Origin: an uncultured Gammaproteobacteria bacterium
GTDB lineage: Bacteria; Patescibacteriota; Patescibacteriia; Magasanikbacterales; GWA2-37-8
Assembly (NCBI GenBank): GCA_964510495.1
Contig: CAZECR010000001.1
Span: 3,781 to 67,780 of the forward strand
Direction of reading: 5' to 3'
DNA: 64,000 bases
Shown: one piece after another, positions 9,102 to 19,246 of the stretch
How the letters are laid out: each line of letters opens with the position of its first letter
Numbering within the stretch: the stretch's first letter is position 1
Translations under genes and position numbers: made by a program
Notes under the pieces: generated by a model
The model's database searches: none
The model's input: only the letters and a program-made list of their open reading frames with translations
Told to the model about the DNA's origin: nothing

Positions 9102-10262
9102 ATGTCCGATAACGATAAAACAGCTAAAAAACAAGACTTTAAGGCCCTCCTTCAGAGCCATTTTACTGAAATCCCAAAAGTTGGGGCGATTGTTAAGGGT
9201 AAGGTACTTTCGGTAGATAAAGGCGAAATTCACATTGACGTTGAAGGCATGACAACCGGTGTCGTTCGTGGCCGTGAACTTTTTGCTGAATCTCGCGAGT
9301 ACTCTGGGCTCCGTGTTAACGACGAAGTCGAAGCGACTGTGGTTGAACTTGAAAATGAAAACTGTGAAATGGAACTCTCGTTCCGCATTGCCGGCTACCA
9401 GAAGGCTTGGGACGGCATGATTAAACTCATGAAAGACGGCGTTACTATTAAAGGTAAAGTTGTGTCGGCCAATAAAGGTGGTCTCATGATGCAGGTTGAA
9501 GCCCTCGCTGGTTTTATGCCAGTGTCGCAGCTTAACCCAGACCACTACCCACGCGTTACCGGCGGCGACAAGAATCGCATTCTCGATAAACTACGTGAAA
9601 TTGTTGGTCAGGAACTCGAAGTAAAAGTTATCGATGTTGATGAGAAAGAAGAAAAACTCATCGTCTCGGAACGCGCAGTTTGGGAAGATTCTCAGAAAGC
9701 GGTACTCGAATCCTACAAAGTTGGTGACGTTGTTAACGGCGAAATCAGCGCCCTTACTTCATTTGGTGCATTCATCAAATTTGGTGAAGGACTCGAAGGC
9801 CTGGTACACATTTCCGAAATCGCTTGGCAGCGTATTGATCACCCGAAAGATGTTGTAAAGGTAGGGGACAAGGTCAAAGCCCAAATTATCCAGCTCGATC
9901 ACTCCAAGATTTATCTCTCCATCAAACGCCTCGTGGACGATCCATGGAAGAGCGTTAAGGATAAATACAAACAGGGTGAAGTTGTTAAAGGTAAAATCCT
10001 TAAGATCGAACCGTTCGGTCTCATGGTTGGCCTCGACAAGGACATCCATGGCTTGGCTCATATTTCAGAACTCTCCGATACTCCACTGGCCAATATTAAC
10101 GAACACTTCAAAATTGGACAGGAAATGGACTTCGAAATCATGTCGCTCGAACCAGCTGAACACCGTCTTGGCCTCAAGGCTGTTGGTGTGAAAGGCAAAA
10201 GCGGACGCAAAGTAGCTCCAGCTAAAACTGAAACTCCAGAAGCAGAAAAAGCTGCTGAGTAA
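9102..10262 (+). CDS. rpsA: 30S ribosomal protein S1
   Basis: 386 aa with four S1 domains (repeated G-x-V-x-G-x-V...FGAFIK..GLEGLVHISE motifs). Confidence 0.9.
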   Translation: MSDNDKTAKKQDFKALLQSHFTEIPKVGAIVKGKVLSVDKGEIHIDVEGMTTGVVRGRELFAESREYSGLRVNDEVEATVVELENENCEMELSFRIAGYQKAWDGMIKLMKDGVTIKGKVVSANKGGLMMQVEALAGFMPVSQLNPDHYPRVTGGDKNRILDKLREIVGQELEVKVIDVDEKEEKLIVSERAVWEDSQKAVLESYKVGDVVNGEISALTSFGAFIKFGEGLEGLVHISEIAWQRIDHPKDVVKVGDKVKAQIIQLDHSKIYLSIKRLVDDPWKSVKDKYKQGEVVKGKILKIEPFGLMVGLDKDIHGLAHISELSDTPLANINEHFKIGQEMDFEIMSLEPAEHRLGLKAVGVKGKSGRKVAPAKTETPEAEKAAE

Positions 10263-10278
10263 AAGATGCAATTAAAAA

Positions 10279-10311
10279 ATACCCGCTCGATTGTGAGCGG
10301 GTGTTTTTTTA
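10279..10311. terminator. Bidirectional intrinsic terminator after rpsA
   Basis: aaaaaat-acccgctcg-attg-tgagcgggt-ttttttt. Confidence 0.6.
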
Positions 10312-12192
10312 GAGTGAGAATTGTGACTCAGGGGAATTTACCTTTGGTGCTTTGGGAGGTTTGCTTGTTTTTTGTGGAAGGTCGTCGTACTGGGTTTCTC
10401 CCAGAGCTTTGGATATTTCTTCAGGAGCCATAGTTATTGTTTTTTCTGATGCTCTGCGCTCAGATAAGTTTCTACGTAATTTGTCGATATTTTCTTGTGA
10501 CTTTTTAAGTGATTCAGCGGTATCTTTTAAATTTTGCGCTGCATCTTTCTTTAGATTTTCCTTTTCAGTTTCGTTGAGGGGTCTTGTGTAAAGCGGGAAT
10601 TCGCGAAGATGTCTGTCTAACTGATTTCTTCGTTCTTGTAATTCTTCACGCATGATTTTTTCAAATCCAGGGAAAGCCATAGTACGGATGTTGCTATAAG
10701 CAATCTGTCTGCTTAGGGTTAAGCCGGCGTCTTGAATGTTTAAACGCGATTCATTATCTAATTTTTCGCCCGGTGTTAATTCACCAAATTGCGGATTGTT
10801 TATCTGATCTTGCATTGCCTTTTTTTCACGCGCAATTTTATCGCTCAGCGTATCCCAGTTATGTTGTTTTTCAATCGGAATGTTCTCAGATAATTTTTGT
10901 AATTTTGCTTTTTGGACTCTTTGGAACAAGGCCCGTAAAATAGCCTCCAGGTTATCAGGGTGAACTTTAGTGGGATGTGCTTCAAGTGTGTCACGCATCC
11001 ATTCTATTTCGTTGGCAGTTAACCATAATTCTTCAGCAATTTTTTTTGTATCAGCTGTGCTGGTAACTACTTCTTTTAATTTCTGGTATTGTTCTTGGGT
11101 GATGTTATAGAAATTAATTGTGGCGTCAGGACTGTATACTCGGAATTCACCCATGAGCTGGTGTCTTTCCTGGTATGACTTTTGTTTTTCGGGGGTATTT
11201 AAAGTATCAACATCTGCCAATTCTGGTTTGTTAAAATGTTCTTGGATTTTAAGCTGTCTACAAAGTACGGTTAAGTGAGAAAGTTGGTCCGAATACGTTT
11301 CAGTAGGATATTTTTTCCGGTACTCCTGCCATTTTTTTTGCAGAATATTTGTATTTTCTTCGTTAAAAACACTAAAAGAATTATTTTTATTTCCACGTTC
11401 TAGTTGTCTTAGGAGCGCTTCAAGAGTTTCCTTTCCTAGATCAAGATCGTGTTGAATTTTATCGGCATTTTGTTTTCGTTTCCTTTTCTCGATAAAAATT
11501 TTATATATTTCCTCTAAATCAGCAAGGTCGTTACGCAAGCTGTATCCCTTTTGATGATTATTTTTCCATATTTCATGAAGTTGCTTTTGTTCGGTAGAAT
11601 TTAAAATTTTTTCTTCTTGAGGGGATAGCATTTCGCCTTGGGCGATATGAAGAATAGCAAGCATCGCTTCTGGGACAAGCAGGGTATGAACTTTTTTTGG
11701 ACCCAATGCTTCGGCTGTGCGATGCATCGATAATTCAGGCGGTTCTTGAGTGAGTAAATCGTATAGCTCATCCACCGTAGTTGCTCGCCAAAGAATATGT
11801 TTTTTTGGTAGAGCTTGCTCGGAAAGGGTTTCTGGTTTGGCTGGTTTGTAAGGCTGTGTTGCTGTCCTTTCTTTTTTTGGTTCTGAAAGTTCTATGGGCT
11901 GATTCTCTTTTTGAGTAATATGGTGATAGATACCTTTCAGTCTAATGATCTGGTCCGCTATACTGTCATCCGGAAATTGTTCGCGGTATTCTTCCCATTT
12001 TGTGATGAGCATCTCTTCGTCTTGGGCTCCGAGTGAGATGCACGCTCCCGGCATCCCTTCTCTACGTTCCAAATTTTTATGCAGCTCAAAAAGCTCCTTC
12101 CGGCTGAGGTCCCTAGGCTGCTGGGAGCTGTCGAGTCTATTTGTTGCCGCGTAGGCTTCAGAAGAATGCGCGCCACGTCGAAAAGTATGCAT
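10309..12192 (-). CDS. Hypothetical Lys/Glu-rich, predicted coiled-coil protein with internal repeats
   Basis: 627-aa ORF. It carries the repeated motif TKWEEYREQFPDDSIADQIIRLKG / KKWQEYRKKYPTETYSDQLSHLTVL. The start codon is uncertain (alternative MPGACIS...). Confidence 0.5.
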   Translation of the reverse strand: MHTFRRGAHSSEAYAATNRLDSSQQPRDLSRKELFELHKNLERREGMPGACISLGAQDEEMLITKWEEYREQFPDDSIADQIIRLKGIYHHITQKENQPIELSEPKKERTATQPYKPAKPETLSEQALPKKHILWRATTVDELYDLLTQEPPELSMHRTAEALGPKKVHTLLVPEAMLAILHIAQGEMLSPQEEKILNSTEQKQLHEIWKNNHQKGYSLRNDLADLEEIYKIFIEKRKRKQNADKIQHDLDLGKETLEALLRQLERGNKNNSFSVFNEENTNILQKKWQEYRKKYPTETYSDQLSHLTVLCRQLKIQEHFNKPELADVDTLNTPEKQKSYQERHQLMGEFRVYSPDATINFYNITQEQYQKLKEVVTSTADTKKIAEELWLTANEIEWMRDTLEAHPTKVHPDNLEAILRALFQRVQKAKLQKLSENIPIEKQHNWDTLSDKIAREKKAMQDQINNPQFGELTPGEKLDNESRLNIQDAGLTLSRQIAYSNIRTMAFPGFEKIMREELQERRNQLDRHLREFPLYTRPLNETEKENLKKDAAQNLKDTAESLKKSQENIDKLRRNLSERRASEKTITMAPEEISKALGETQYDDLPQKTSKPPKAPKVNSPESQFSL

Positions 12193-12370
12193 AAAGAATT
12201 TTTATTATAGTATAACATATTTGCTGTAAACAGCCCATGCAAGCACATTTCAAGCGTTTTGTCAACCCAATTGAGCTTTATTTTGGCTAAGATATGCCCT
12301 TCTGTACGCCTTGATTTCTTGGCTAAAAGCCTGTATGCTAGCTGAACGGTATAATTCATTAGTCTTATTT

Positions 12371-14239
12371 ATGAAAGATTTTTTAAAGAATTTTTTACTC
12401 ATTTTTGGGGCATTACTCCTGATTGCTGGTGGTCTTAGCCTTGTTAAATGGAATAGCGCGCAGAAGCCGGAGATTGTTGGTGTTAATCAGTTGGCCGAAG
12501 AGATTAATGCTGGCAAGGTTAAGAAGATCGTGGTTCAAGGTGATACGCTCAGTATTGAGCTTAACGATGCCAAAGCTGCTCCGCAGCAAGTGAAAAAAGA
12601 AGCTCAGGAATCGTTTGGCGACATCATGAAAAATTATGGCGTAACCGATGAAGCCCGTGCAAAATTACAGGTAGAAATTAAAGATCAGAGTTCGTGGAAG
12701 TTTTGGCTGGCCAATTTGGTATTGCCGGCTTTGCCGGTACTCATGTTGCTCGGGTTTCTGTACTTCATGACTCGCGGCATGCAGGGAATGAACAATAAAG
12801 CCATGGGTTTTGGACAGAGCAATCCGCGTCAGGTGAAGCCAGACGACAAAGACAAGAAAACATTTAAAGATGTTGCTGGCGCTAAAGAAGCCAAAGAAGA
12901 ACTCGTGGAAATTGTCGATTTTTTGAAAGATCCTAAAAAGTTTGCGGAAATTGGGGCAAAGATTCCTAAAGGCGTCTTGCTGACAGGTACCCCGGGTACC
13001 GGTAAAACTTTACTTGCGAAAGCGGTGGCTGGTGAAGCCGATGTGCCGTTTTTTCACATGAGTGGTTCTGAGTTTGTAGAAATGTTTGTGGGTGTTGGTG
13101 CGAGCCGTGTGCGCGACCTCTTTGCTAAAGCAAAAAAGGCTGCCCCAGCTATTATCTTTATCGATGAAATTGATGCGGTCGGTCGTAGGCGTGGTGCTGG
13201 TATGGGTGGTGGACATGACGAACGCGAACAAACCCTCAACCAGATTTTAGTTGAGATGGATGGTTTTGAACCTAATCTCGGTGTTATTATTATGGCGGCT
13301 ACGAACCGTCCCGACGTGCTTGATCCGGCACTCCTTCGCCCAGGTCGTTTTGATCGCCGAGTGACAATCGATATGCCAGATATTCGCGACCGCGAAGAAA
13401 TTTTGAAGATTCATGCGATTGGTAAACCTTTTGCGCCCGAGGTTTCAATGCGTAAAGTAGCCGAACGTACTCCAGGATTCTCGGGTGCTGATCTCGCCAA
13501 TCTTTTGAATGAAGCGGCGATTTTAACGGTGCGCAAAGGATTGAAAGTAATTACTGAAAACGAAATTTTACCAAGTATTGAAAAAGTCTTACTCGGGCCT
13601 GAACGCAAGAGCCGGGTTATTTCGGATCATGATAAAAAAGTTACTGCCTACCACGAAGCAGGGCATGCGATCGTTGGGTACCTCTTACCAAATTGTGACC
13701 CTGTTCGCAAAGTGTCGATTATTTCGCGCGGTTCAGCTGGCGGGTATACGCTCAAAATGCCGGCCGAAGACAAGCATTATCATACGCTTGCTCAATTCCG
13801 CGACGATCTGGCAATGTCGCTCGGCGGCTACGTCGTCGAAAAAATGGTCTTTGGTGACGGTAATATTTCAACCGGCCCATCAAGCGATTTGCGCAACGCT
13901 ACCAAGCTCGCTCGCGGCATGGTGACGCAGTATGGTATGAGTACGAAACTGGGACCACGTACCTTCGGTGAAAGTGAAGGCATGGTGTTCCTTGGCGGTG
14001 AATCACATGCCGAACGGGATTATAGTGATAAGACGGCCGAGATTATTGATCAGGAAGTGCTGGCGCTTATCTCAGAAGCCGAAACTCGAGCGCGCGACGT
14101 AATGACCAAAAATAAAGCAGCCATGGAACGTATGGTCGCCGCACTTATTGAAAAAGAAACGATTGAACAAGACGAGATTAAAGCAATCATGGGTGAGCCG
14201 CCAAAGAAATCAGAAGTTGTTTTGGAAAATCAAGCGTAA
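12371..14239 (+). CDS. ftsH: ATP-dependent zinc metalloprotease FtsH
   Basis: N-terminal TM segments, Walker [12 protein letters not shown] region, and the HEAGHA zinc motif. The start is set at MKDFLKN (12371). Confidence 0.95.
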   Translation: MKDFLKNFLLIFGALLLIAGGLSLVKWNSAQKPEIVGVNQLAEEINAGKVKKIVVQGDTLSIELNDAKAAPQQVKKEAQESFGDIMKNYGVTDEARAKLQVEIKDQSSWKFWLANLVLPALPVLMLLGFLYFMTRGMQGMNNKAMGFGQSNPRQVKPDDKDKKTFKDVAGAKEAKEELVEIVDFLKDPKKFAEIGAKIPKGVLLTGTPGTGKTLLAKAVAGEADVPFFHMSGSEFVEMFVGVGASRVRDLFAKAKKAAPAIIFIDEIDAVGRRRGAGMGGGHDEREQTLNQILVEMDGFEPNLGVIIMAATNRPDVLDPALLRPGRFDRRVTIDMPDIRDREEILKIHAIGKPFAPEVSMRKVAERTPGFSGADLANLLNEAAILTVRKGLKVITENEILPSIEKVLLGPERKSRVISDHDKKVTAYHEAGHAIVGYLLPNCDPVRKVSIISRGSAGGYTLKMPAEDKHYHTLAQFRDDLAMSLGGYVVEKMVFGDGNISTGPSSDLRNATKLARGMVTQYGMSTKLGPRTFGESEGMVFLGGESHAERDYSDKTAEIIDQEVLALISEAETRARDVMTKNKAAMERMVAALIEKETIEQDEIKAIMGEPPKKSEVVLENQA

Positions 14240-14252
14240 AATCTGATAACAT

Positions 14253-14288
14253 AAAATCCCGTATTCGATTGAACGCGGGATTTTTTAA
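14253..14288 (+). terminator. Intrinsic terminator after ftsH
   Basis: aatcccg-tattcgattgaa-cgggatt followed by ttttt. Confidence 0.6.
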
Positions 14289-14494
14289 ATAGTGAGGAGA
14301 GCGGCCCGCCAGCTAGCGAGATCCGTTAAGCGAATACGGGTCTCTTGTCTGCTCGAATGGTAGTACTAATCGCCCTGTTTTTTAATGGAGAAATGTGTGG
14401 TGGTGGCAAGGGCGTGTCAATATGTAACTACCTGTAAAAGTGTGGTATACTACTGGTACTCAAAAATTATTTATATTTTTTAATCGCGATTGGT

Positions 14495-15463
14495 ATGCGT
14501 GAGCCAAGCTATGGACGGGCCCTCCTTAAATCGTGGCGCTTTGTCTGGCACAATAAAATTGTCTGGATTTTTGGCTTGTTGGCGCTCTTGGTTGGGCAGT
14601 TCGGATTAAATCATTTTGTAGGGCAGCTTTTTTTGTTAGGTACAAATACAGCTTCTCCCATAAGTTTTATTTCCTGGCCAGCGAGTTGGCCGGTTTGGCA
14701 AATTACTACGGTTGAAGAAGGGTTATTATTTAGCTGGCTCTTAGTTATTATGCTGGCGATTGGTGTCCTGGCACTCGTTATGGGTGTCTTGAGTCAGGGA
14801 GCACTTATTGCGGCAGCAGCGGATTATTTTAAAAACGAAACTCCGCCTCGTCTCGCTCGTGCGTGGCATAAATCAGTGCGTCGGTTTTGGCCGCTCCTCA
14901 GCCTTAATATTATTCAAAAGATTATTAGTGGCGGACTCTGGGTCGTAACTTTTTATCTTCTCAGCATATTTAAAGCCGAAACGGTAAGTGGTTTTTTTGC
15001 TACAGTTATTACGATTGGTATTGCGGGTCTCCTTATGCTCGCTGTTTCCGCTGTCACTATTTACGCAGCCGGTTACATTGTAGAGTATAATTTTTCCTTG
15101 CTAGCTGGTTTGGTAGAAGGGTTTCGTTTGTTTGAAGAGCATGTTCTTGTGTCATTGGAACTAAGTCTTATTTTGGTCGCGTGTAGCCTTGCTTTGTATG
15201 GGGTTGTTTATATTGGAGCACTTCTTACGCTTATCCCATCATGGTTTATTTGGGTTACTGCTGGTTTTACAGGTTCCTTTGGGCTTTTTGCGGTAGGTCT
15301 TGTCGTCGCTGTGTTTTTGTTTGGCGTGCTCGTAGCCATTCTTGGCGCTCTTTTTAACGCATTTACTACGAGTGCTTGGATGTATTTCTTCATGCGTATG
15401 CACCACCAGGGCGTAGCAAGTCGTATTATTAATTTTGTTGAACGCACGATTCGGGTTAACTAA
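14495..15463 (+). CDS. Hypothetical polytopic integral membrane protein
   Basis: 322 aa with about 7 hydrophobic segments. It lies immediately upstream of the PilB-like ATPase, with a 12-bp gap. Confidence 0.5.
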   Translation: MREPSYGRALLKSWRFVWHNKIVWIFGLLALLVGQFGLNHFVGQLFLLGTNTASPISFISWPASWPVWQITTVEEGLLFSWLLVIMLAIGVLALVMGVLSQGALIAAAADYFKNETPPRLARAWHKSVRRFWPLLSLNIIQKIISGGLWVVTFYLLSIFKAETVSGFFATVITIGIAGLLMLAVSAVTIYAAGYIVEYNFSLLAGLVEGFRLFEEHVLVSLELSLILVACSLALYGVVYIGALLTLIPSWFIWVTAGFTGSFGLFAVGLVVAVFLFGVLVAILGALFNAFTTSAWMYFFMRMHHQGVASRIINFVERTIRVN

Positions 15464-15475
15464 CTTTTACGCTGT

Positions 15476-17227
15476 ATGTCTGATTTTCCCTCAATTAATG
15501 ATCTGGTAAAAAAAAATACTGGCAAAACACCTCCAATAACCGGAGGAAAAGCGCTTGCTACGCCTCCGCCTGTGGTTGATGTTGATAGCACCGAAGGCAA
15601 ATTTGATGAAAAAATGAAGGCGATCAGTCTTAAAGAAAAAGAAGATTTGGTCGCAGTTATGGCAGCGTCATACGGCCTCCCGTATCTTGATTTAACTGGT
15701 TTCCCAATATCCGCAGAAGCCTTGCGCGTCTTGCCAGAAGCAGAAGCTCGTGAAAAGCGGGTAGTTTGCTTTTTTTATAATGGTGACGAGTTGCGCCTGG
15801 GTGCGCTTGAAAAAACCAAAGAAATTGACGAGTTGGCCTACCAGCTCGGGGAGCGTGTGCATGCGCGAGTAGGGGTGTATATTGTTTCCGAACATAGTCT
15901 CGAAAAAGCGCTTAGCTTCTACGCCAACTTGCCGATTGTTAAACCGGTGACCAAAGATATTAATATTACCGATGAAGAGCTTGCAAAATTTGGTGTTGGT
16001 ATCGATAATTTATCGAGTCTCCAAGAAAAGTTTAAAAATGTTTCAATCACAGATATTCTGACACTGATGATTGCCTCGGCTTTGAAGGTGAATTCTTCAG
16101 ATATGCACGTGGAGGCGGAAGAGAACGGCATTGCTGTTCGGTATCGTATTGACGGTGTTTTACATGATGTGGCCACGCTCCCGAAAGAGCAATGGAAGCG
16201 CTTTATCTCGCGTATCAAACTTTTGGCAGCACTTAAAATTAATGTTTCGGAGCGTCCACAGGACGGACGTGTTACGCTCAAAGTAACGTCGGGCAGTCTC
16301 GATGTGCGCGTTTCCACGATGCCAACGACATATGGAGAGAGTGTTGTAATGCGTATTTTGCATAGTGGTAGTAAAGGGGTTACTTTTGATGACTTGGGTC
16401 TGCGCGGGGATGCTCATGATCGTTTAAAACGCGAAATCGAACGCCCAAACGGCATGATTATTACAACTGGTCCAACGGGCTCTGGTAAAACAACCACAAT
16501 GTACGCTATCTTGCGCACGCTTAATAAACCGGGGGTAAATATTATTACCCTTGAAGATCCGGTCGAAATTAAGATGGAAGGAATTAATCAAAGTCAGGTG
16601 GAGTCATCGCACGACTATACGTTTGCCAAAGGACTCAAAAGTATTTTGCGTCAGGACCCAGATATTTGTATGGTTGGTGAAATCCGCGATCTTGAAACCG
16701 CTGAGATTTCGATTCAGACCGCCCTTACGGGTCACTTGATGCTTTCGACCATCCATACCAACAGTGCGTCCGGCGCCATTCCACGTTTCTTGTCGATGGG
16801 TGTAAAACCGTTTTTATTGGCTCCAGCGCTTAACTCAGTTATTGGTCAGCGTTTAGTGCGCCGTATTTGTGAAGTGTGCCGTGAAGAAAAAGCCTTAACG
16901 CCAGAACAAGCCGAGCGAGTACAAAAAGTGTTCAGCTCGCTGCCAGAAGCAGAAAAGAAAAATATCGATGTTGCCAACCTTCATTTTTATATGGGAAAGG
17001 GTTGTGAAGTGTGCAGTGGTCTCGGGTATAAAGGCCGTATTGGTATTTACGAAATTTTTACCATGAGCAAGGAGATTGAAGAGGTTATTTTAAGCGCTCA
17101 GGTCTCGGAGTACTTGATCGAAGAATTAGCAGTCAAAAATGGTATGGTAACGATGGTACAGGACGGTCTCCTCAAAGCGCTCGACAAAATTACCAGTGTC
17201 GAAGAAGTGTTTCGTGTCACCGAGTAG
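15476..17227 (+). CDS. pilB: Type IV pilus / type II secretion assembly ATPase (GspE/PilB family)
   Basis: N-terminal T2SSE_N-like domain, Walker A GPTGSGKTTT, the family motif ...LTGHLMLSTIHTN..., and a C-terminal tetracysteine (CEVC...CEVC). Confidence 0.85.
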   Translation: MSDFPSINDLVKKNTGKTPPITGGKALATPPPVVDVDSTEGKFDEKMKAISLKEKEDLVAVMAASYGLPYLDLTGFPISAEALRVLPEAEAREKRVVCFFYNGDELRLGALEKTKEIDELAYQLGERVHARVGVYIVSEHSLEKALSFYANLPIVKPVTKDINITDEELAKFGVGIDNLSSLQEKFKNVSITDILTLMIASALKVNSSDMHVEAEENGIAVRYRIDGVLHDVATLPKEQWKRFISRIKLLAALKINVSERPQDGRVTLKVTSGSLDVRVSTMPTTYGESVVMRILHSGSKGVTFDDLGLRGDAHDRLKREIERPNGMIITTGPTGSGKTTTMYAILRTLNKPGVNIITLEDPVEIKMEGINQSQVESSHDYTFAKGLKSILRQDPDICMVGEIRDLETAEISIQTALTGHLMLSTIHTNSASGAIPRFLSMGVKPFLLAPALNSVIGQRLVRRICEVCREEKALTPEQAERVQKVFSSLPEAEKKNIDVANLHFYMGKGCEVCSGLGYKGRIGIYEIFTMSKEIEEVILSAQVSEYLIEELAVKNGMVTMVQDGLLKALDKITSVEEVFRVTE

Positions 17228-17315
17228 GTCACGAGACTCTGTGCACAGTTCTTTTTTATTGACAATGTGGTATACTTTGAATACACCTTAAATTTTTTAA
17301 GTCTTTTGAAAATCT

Positions 17316-18455
17316 ATGATGATCCGTCGCATGGAAACAAGTCCGGCTCCAGAGCCGCCAGTACGCTTTTATAAAATTATCGCCCTCTCTTTTTTGTTTT
17401 TAACCGTCATTATTTTAGGGGTTGTGGTTTTTATAACTTCTAAAAAAGCAACTATTGTTGTCGTTTCAAAACAAGACAGCCAAACAGTCCCCTTGACCGT
17501 TAAAGTTACCCCCGATAATGCTGGAGGCCAAACGATTCCCGGAACAGTGAGCTCTACATCTTTTGCCTGGTCAAATACATATTATCCAACCGGTACCAAA
17601 GTTATTGAAGGAAGTAGCGGTGGACAGGTGACTATTTATAATAAAACCGGGACCCCTCAGACACTTATTAAAACTACCCGGTTACTTACAGCCAGCGGTA
17701 TTTTGTTCCGTCTTTCCGATACGGTGATTGTGCCGGCAAATGGTGAAGTCAGTGCAACCGTCTATGCAGATAAGGCAGGAGCCGAGAGTGATATTGCGGC
17801 TAGTCAGTTTACTATCCCCGGACTTGCTGAAGAGAAACAGAAAACTATTTACGCGGTAAGCGCCGCGCCAATGTCTGGCGGAGCTAAGAAAGTTGGCGTT
17901 CTGAGCGATGATGATATTGCTAACGCTCTTAAAGATTATAAGGATAAAGTTAAAGATGCTTTTCTTGCGACACTTAAGGACGTTTCGACGAGTCAAGCCG
18001 TAGTTCTCATGAATGAGAATATTGCTGCCAATCACAAGGCAGGGGATGAGGTCGCTGATTTTACCATACAAGGCACAAATACGCTTTTGGTAGTTTCGTA
18101 TAACGCTGCCGATCTTGCTAAAATTCTTAACGATGCTTTAAGCACTAAATTCGACAGTTCATCAGAAAAGTTGTTGTCTCTTAATAAAGACCCGGTTGTA
18201 AATATTGGTTCTTACGATGTTGCCAGTCGTACCGCAGATTTGTCAGTAACTCAAGATGTCGTGGTTACACTTGATTCTAACGGCGACAAGCTCCTTGCCA
18301 AGAACTTTTTAGGCAAAAAGAAAGAAGACATACAGCGTTATATTCTGAGTTTGGATCATGTATCGGGTGTTGATGTGCAGTTTTCACCAGGCTGGATGCT
18401 AAGCGCGCCAAGCGTCCCCGACCGCATCAAAGTAGTAGTCAAGAACATGAATTAA
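17316..18455 (+). CDS. Hypothetical membrane-anchored protein (N-terminal TM, large exported domain)
   Basis: 379 aa. TM segment IIALSFLFLTVIILGVVVFI followed by a Thr/Ser/Val-rich domain. An extended -10 promoter (tgtggtatact) sits at about 17270. Confidence 0.5.
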   Translation: MMIRRMETSPAPEPPVRFYKIIALSFLFLTVIILGVVVFITSKKATIVVVSKQDSQTVPLTVKVTPDNAGGQTIPGTVSSTSFAWSNTYYPTGTKVIEGSSGGQVTIYNKTGTPQTLIKTTRLLTASGILFRLSDTVIVPANGEVSATVYADKAGAESDIAASQFTIPGLAEEKQKTIYAVSAAPMSGGAKKVGVLSDDDIANALKDYKDKVKDAFLATLKDVSTSQAVVLMNENIAANHKAGDEVADFTIQGTNTLLVVSYNAADLAKILNDALSTKFDSSSEKLLSLNKDPVVNIGSYDVASRTADLSVTQDVVVTLDSNGDKLLAKNFLGKKKEDIQRYILSLDHVSGVDVQFSPGWMLSAPSVPDRIKVVVKNMN

Positions 18456-18654
18456 TGAGCGGTTTTTACTACGGTAGCGTATTTGACAGATTGTTCTGTT
18501 TTTGATAAAAATAGCTTAGTACATATAGTTAAGAACCAGCCCAGCCTGTGAAACGGCATGGTACCACTCTTGGCACTGACTGTCGGTCAGGTGTACAAAA
18601 TAACCCATCACAAAGTTAATTATTCGGGTGGAACCGTCTTATATTCTATAAGAC

Positions 18655-18693
18655 CCCGATGTCTCTTCATAAAAGACATCGGGGTATTTTTTT
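18655..18693 (+). terminator. Terminator-like hairpin plus U-tract abutting the hpt start codon
   Basis: ccccgatgtct-cttcataaa-agacatcgggg then tattttttt, with ATG 5 nt later. It is either the terminator of the upstream operon or an attenuator/expression platform. Confidence 0.5.
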
Positions 18694-18697
18694 ACCT

Positions 18698-19237
18698 ATG
18701 GATACATTAAAAATTGACCAGGCCGTTTTTAAAGAGATTTATTCTAATGCCACGATCTTAGAGCGCATCAAGGATCTTGCACTCCAAATCGAAAGGGATT
18801 TGCCGGGTAGTACACCGGTTATGCTGGGGGTTATGAAAGGTTCGGTTATTTTCTTGGCGGATTTAGTGAGAGCTGTAACTGCTATTGACCTCGAGATTGA
18901 TTATGTTCGGGTAAAGAGCTATGGTAATGAAGAAGCTTCGTCAGGCACAATAGAGCTTGTACAGGAGCCGGGGATTCCGCTCATGGATCGTGATGTTGTT
19001 GTGGTAGAAGATATAGTTGATAGCGGTCAAACTGTTAATTTTTTACGCCGATACCTATCTGATCAGGGGGCAAAAAGTGTCCGTGTGGCCACCCTTCTCT
19101 ACAAGCACGAATCCGCCAAGCTGGATGTTCCGGTTGAATATGTTGGTTTCAGTATTCCTAATAATTTTGTCATCGGTTACGGCCTTGATTACAAGCAGCT
19201 CAAGCGTAATTTGCCGAGTATTTATTCAAAACAATAA
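18698..19237 (+). CDS. hpt: Hypoxanthine-guanine phosphoribosyltransferase
   Basis: The PRPP-binding motif VVVVEDIVDSGQT and FVIGYGLDY. The product aligns with B. subtilis HprT when started at MDTLKID. Confidence 0.85.
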   Translation: MDTLKIDQAVFKEIYSNATILERIKDLALQIERDLPGSTPVMLGVMKGSVIFLADLVRAVTAIDLEIDYVRVKSYGNEEASSGTIELVQEPGIPLMDRDVVVVEDIVDSGQTVNFLRRYLSDQGAKSVRVATLLYKHESAKLDVPVEYVGFSIPNNFVIGYGLDYKQLKRNLPSIYSKQ

Positions 19238-19246
19238 TTTTTTACT

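Noticed and set aside
9003-9545. 180-aa ORF (-)
   Set aside because: It overlaps the start and S1 domain 1 of rpsA and is an antisense artefact.
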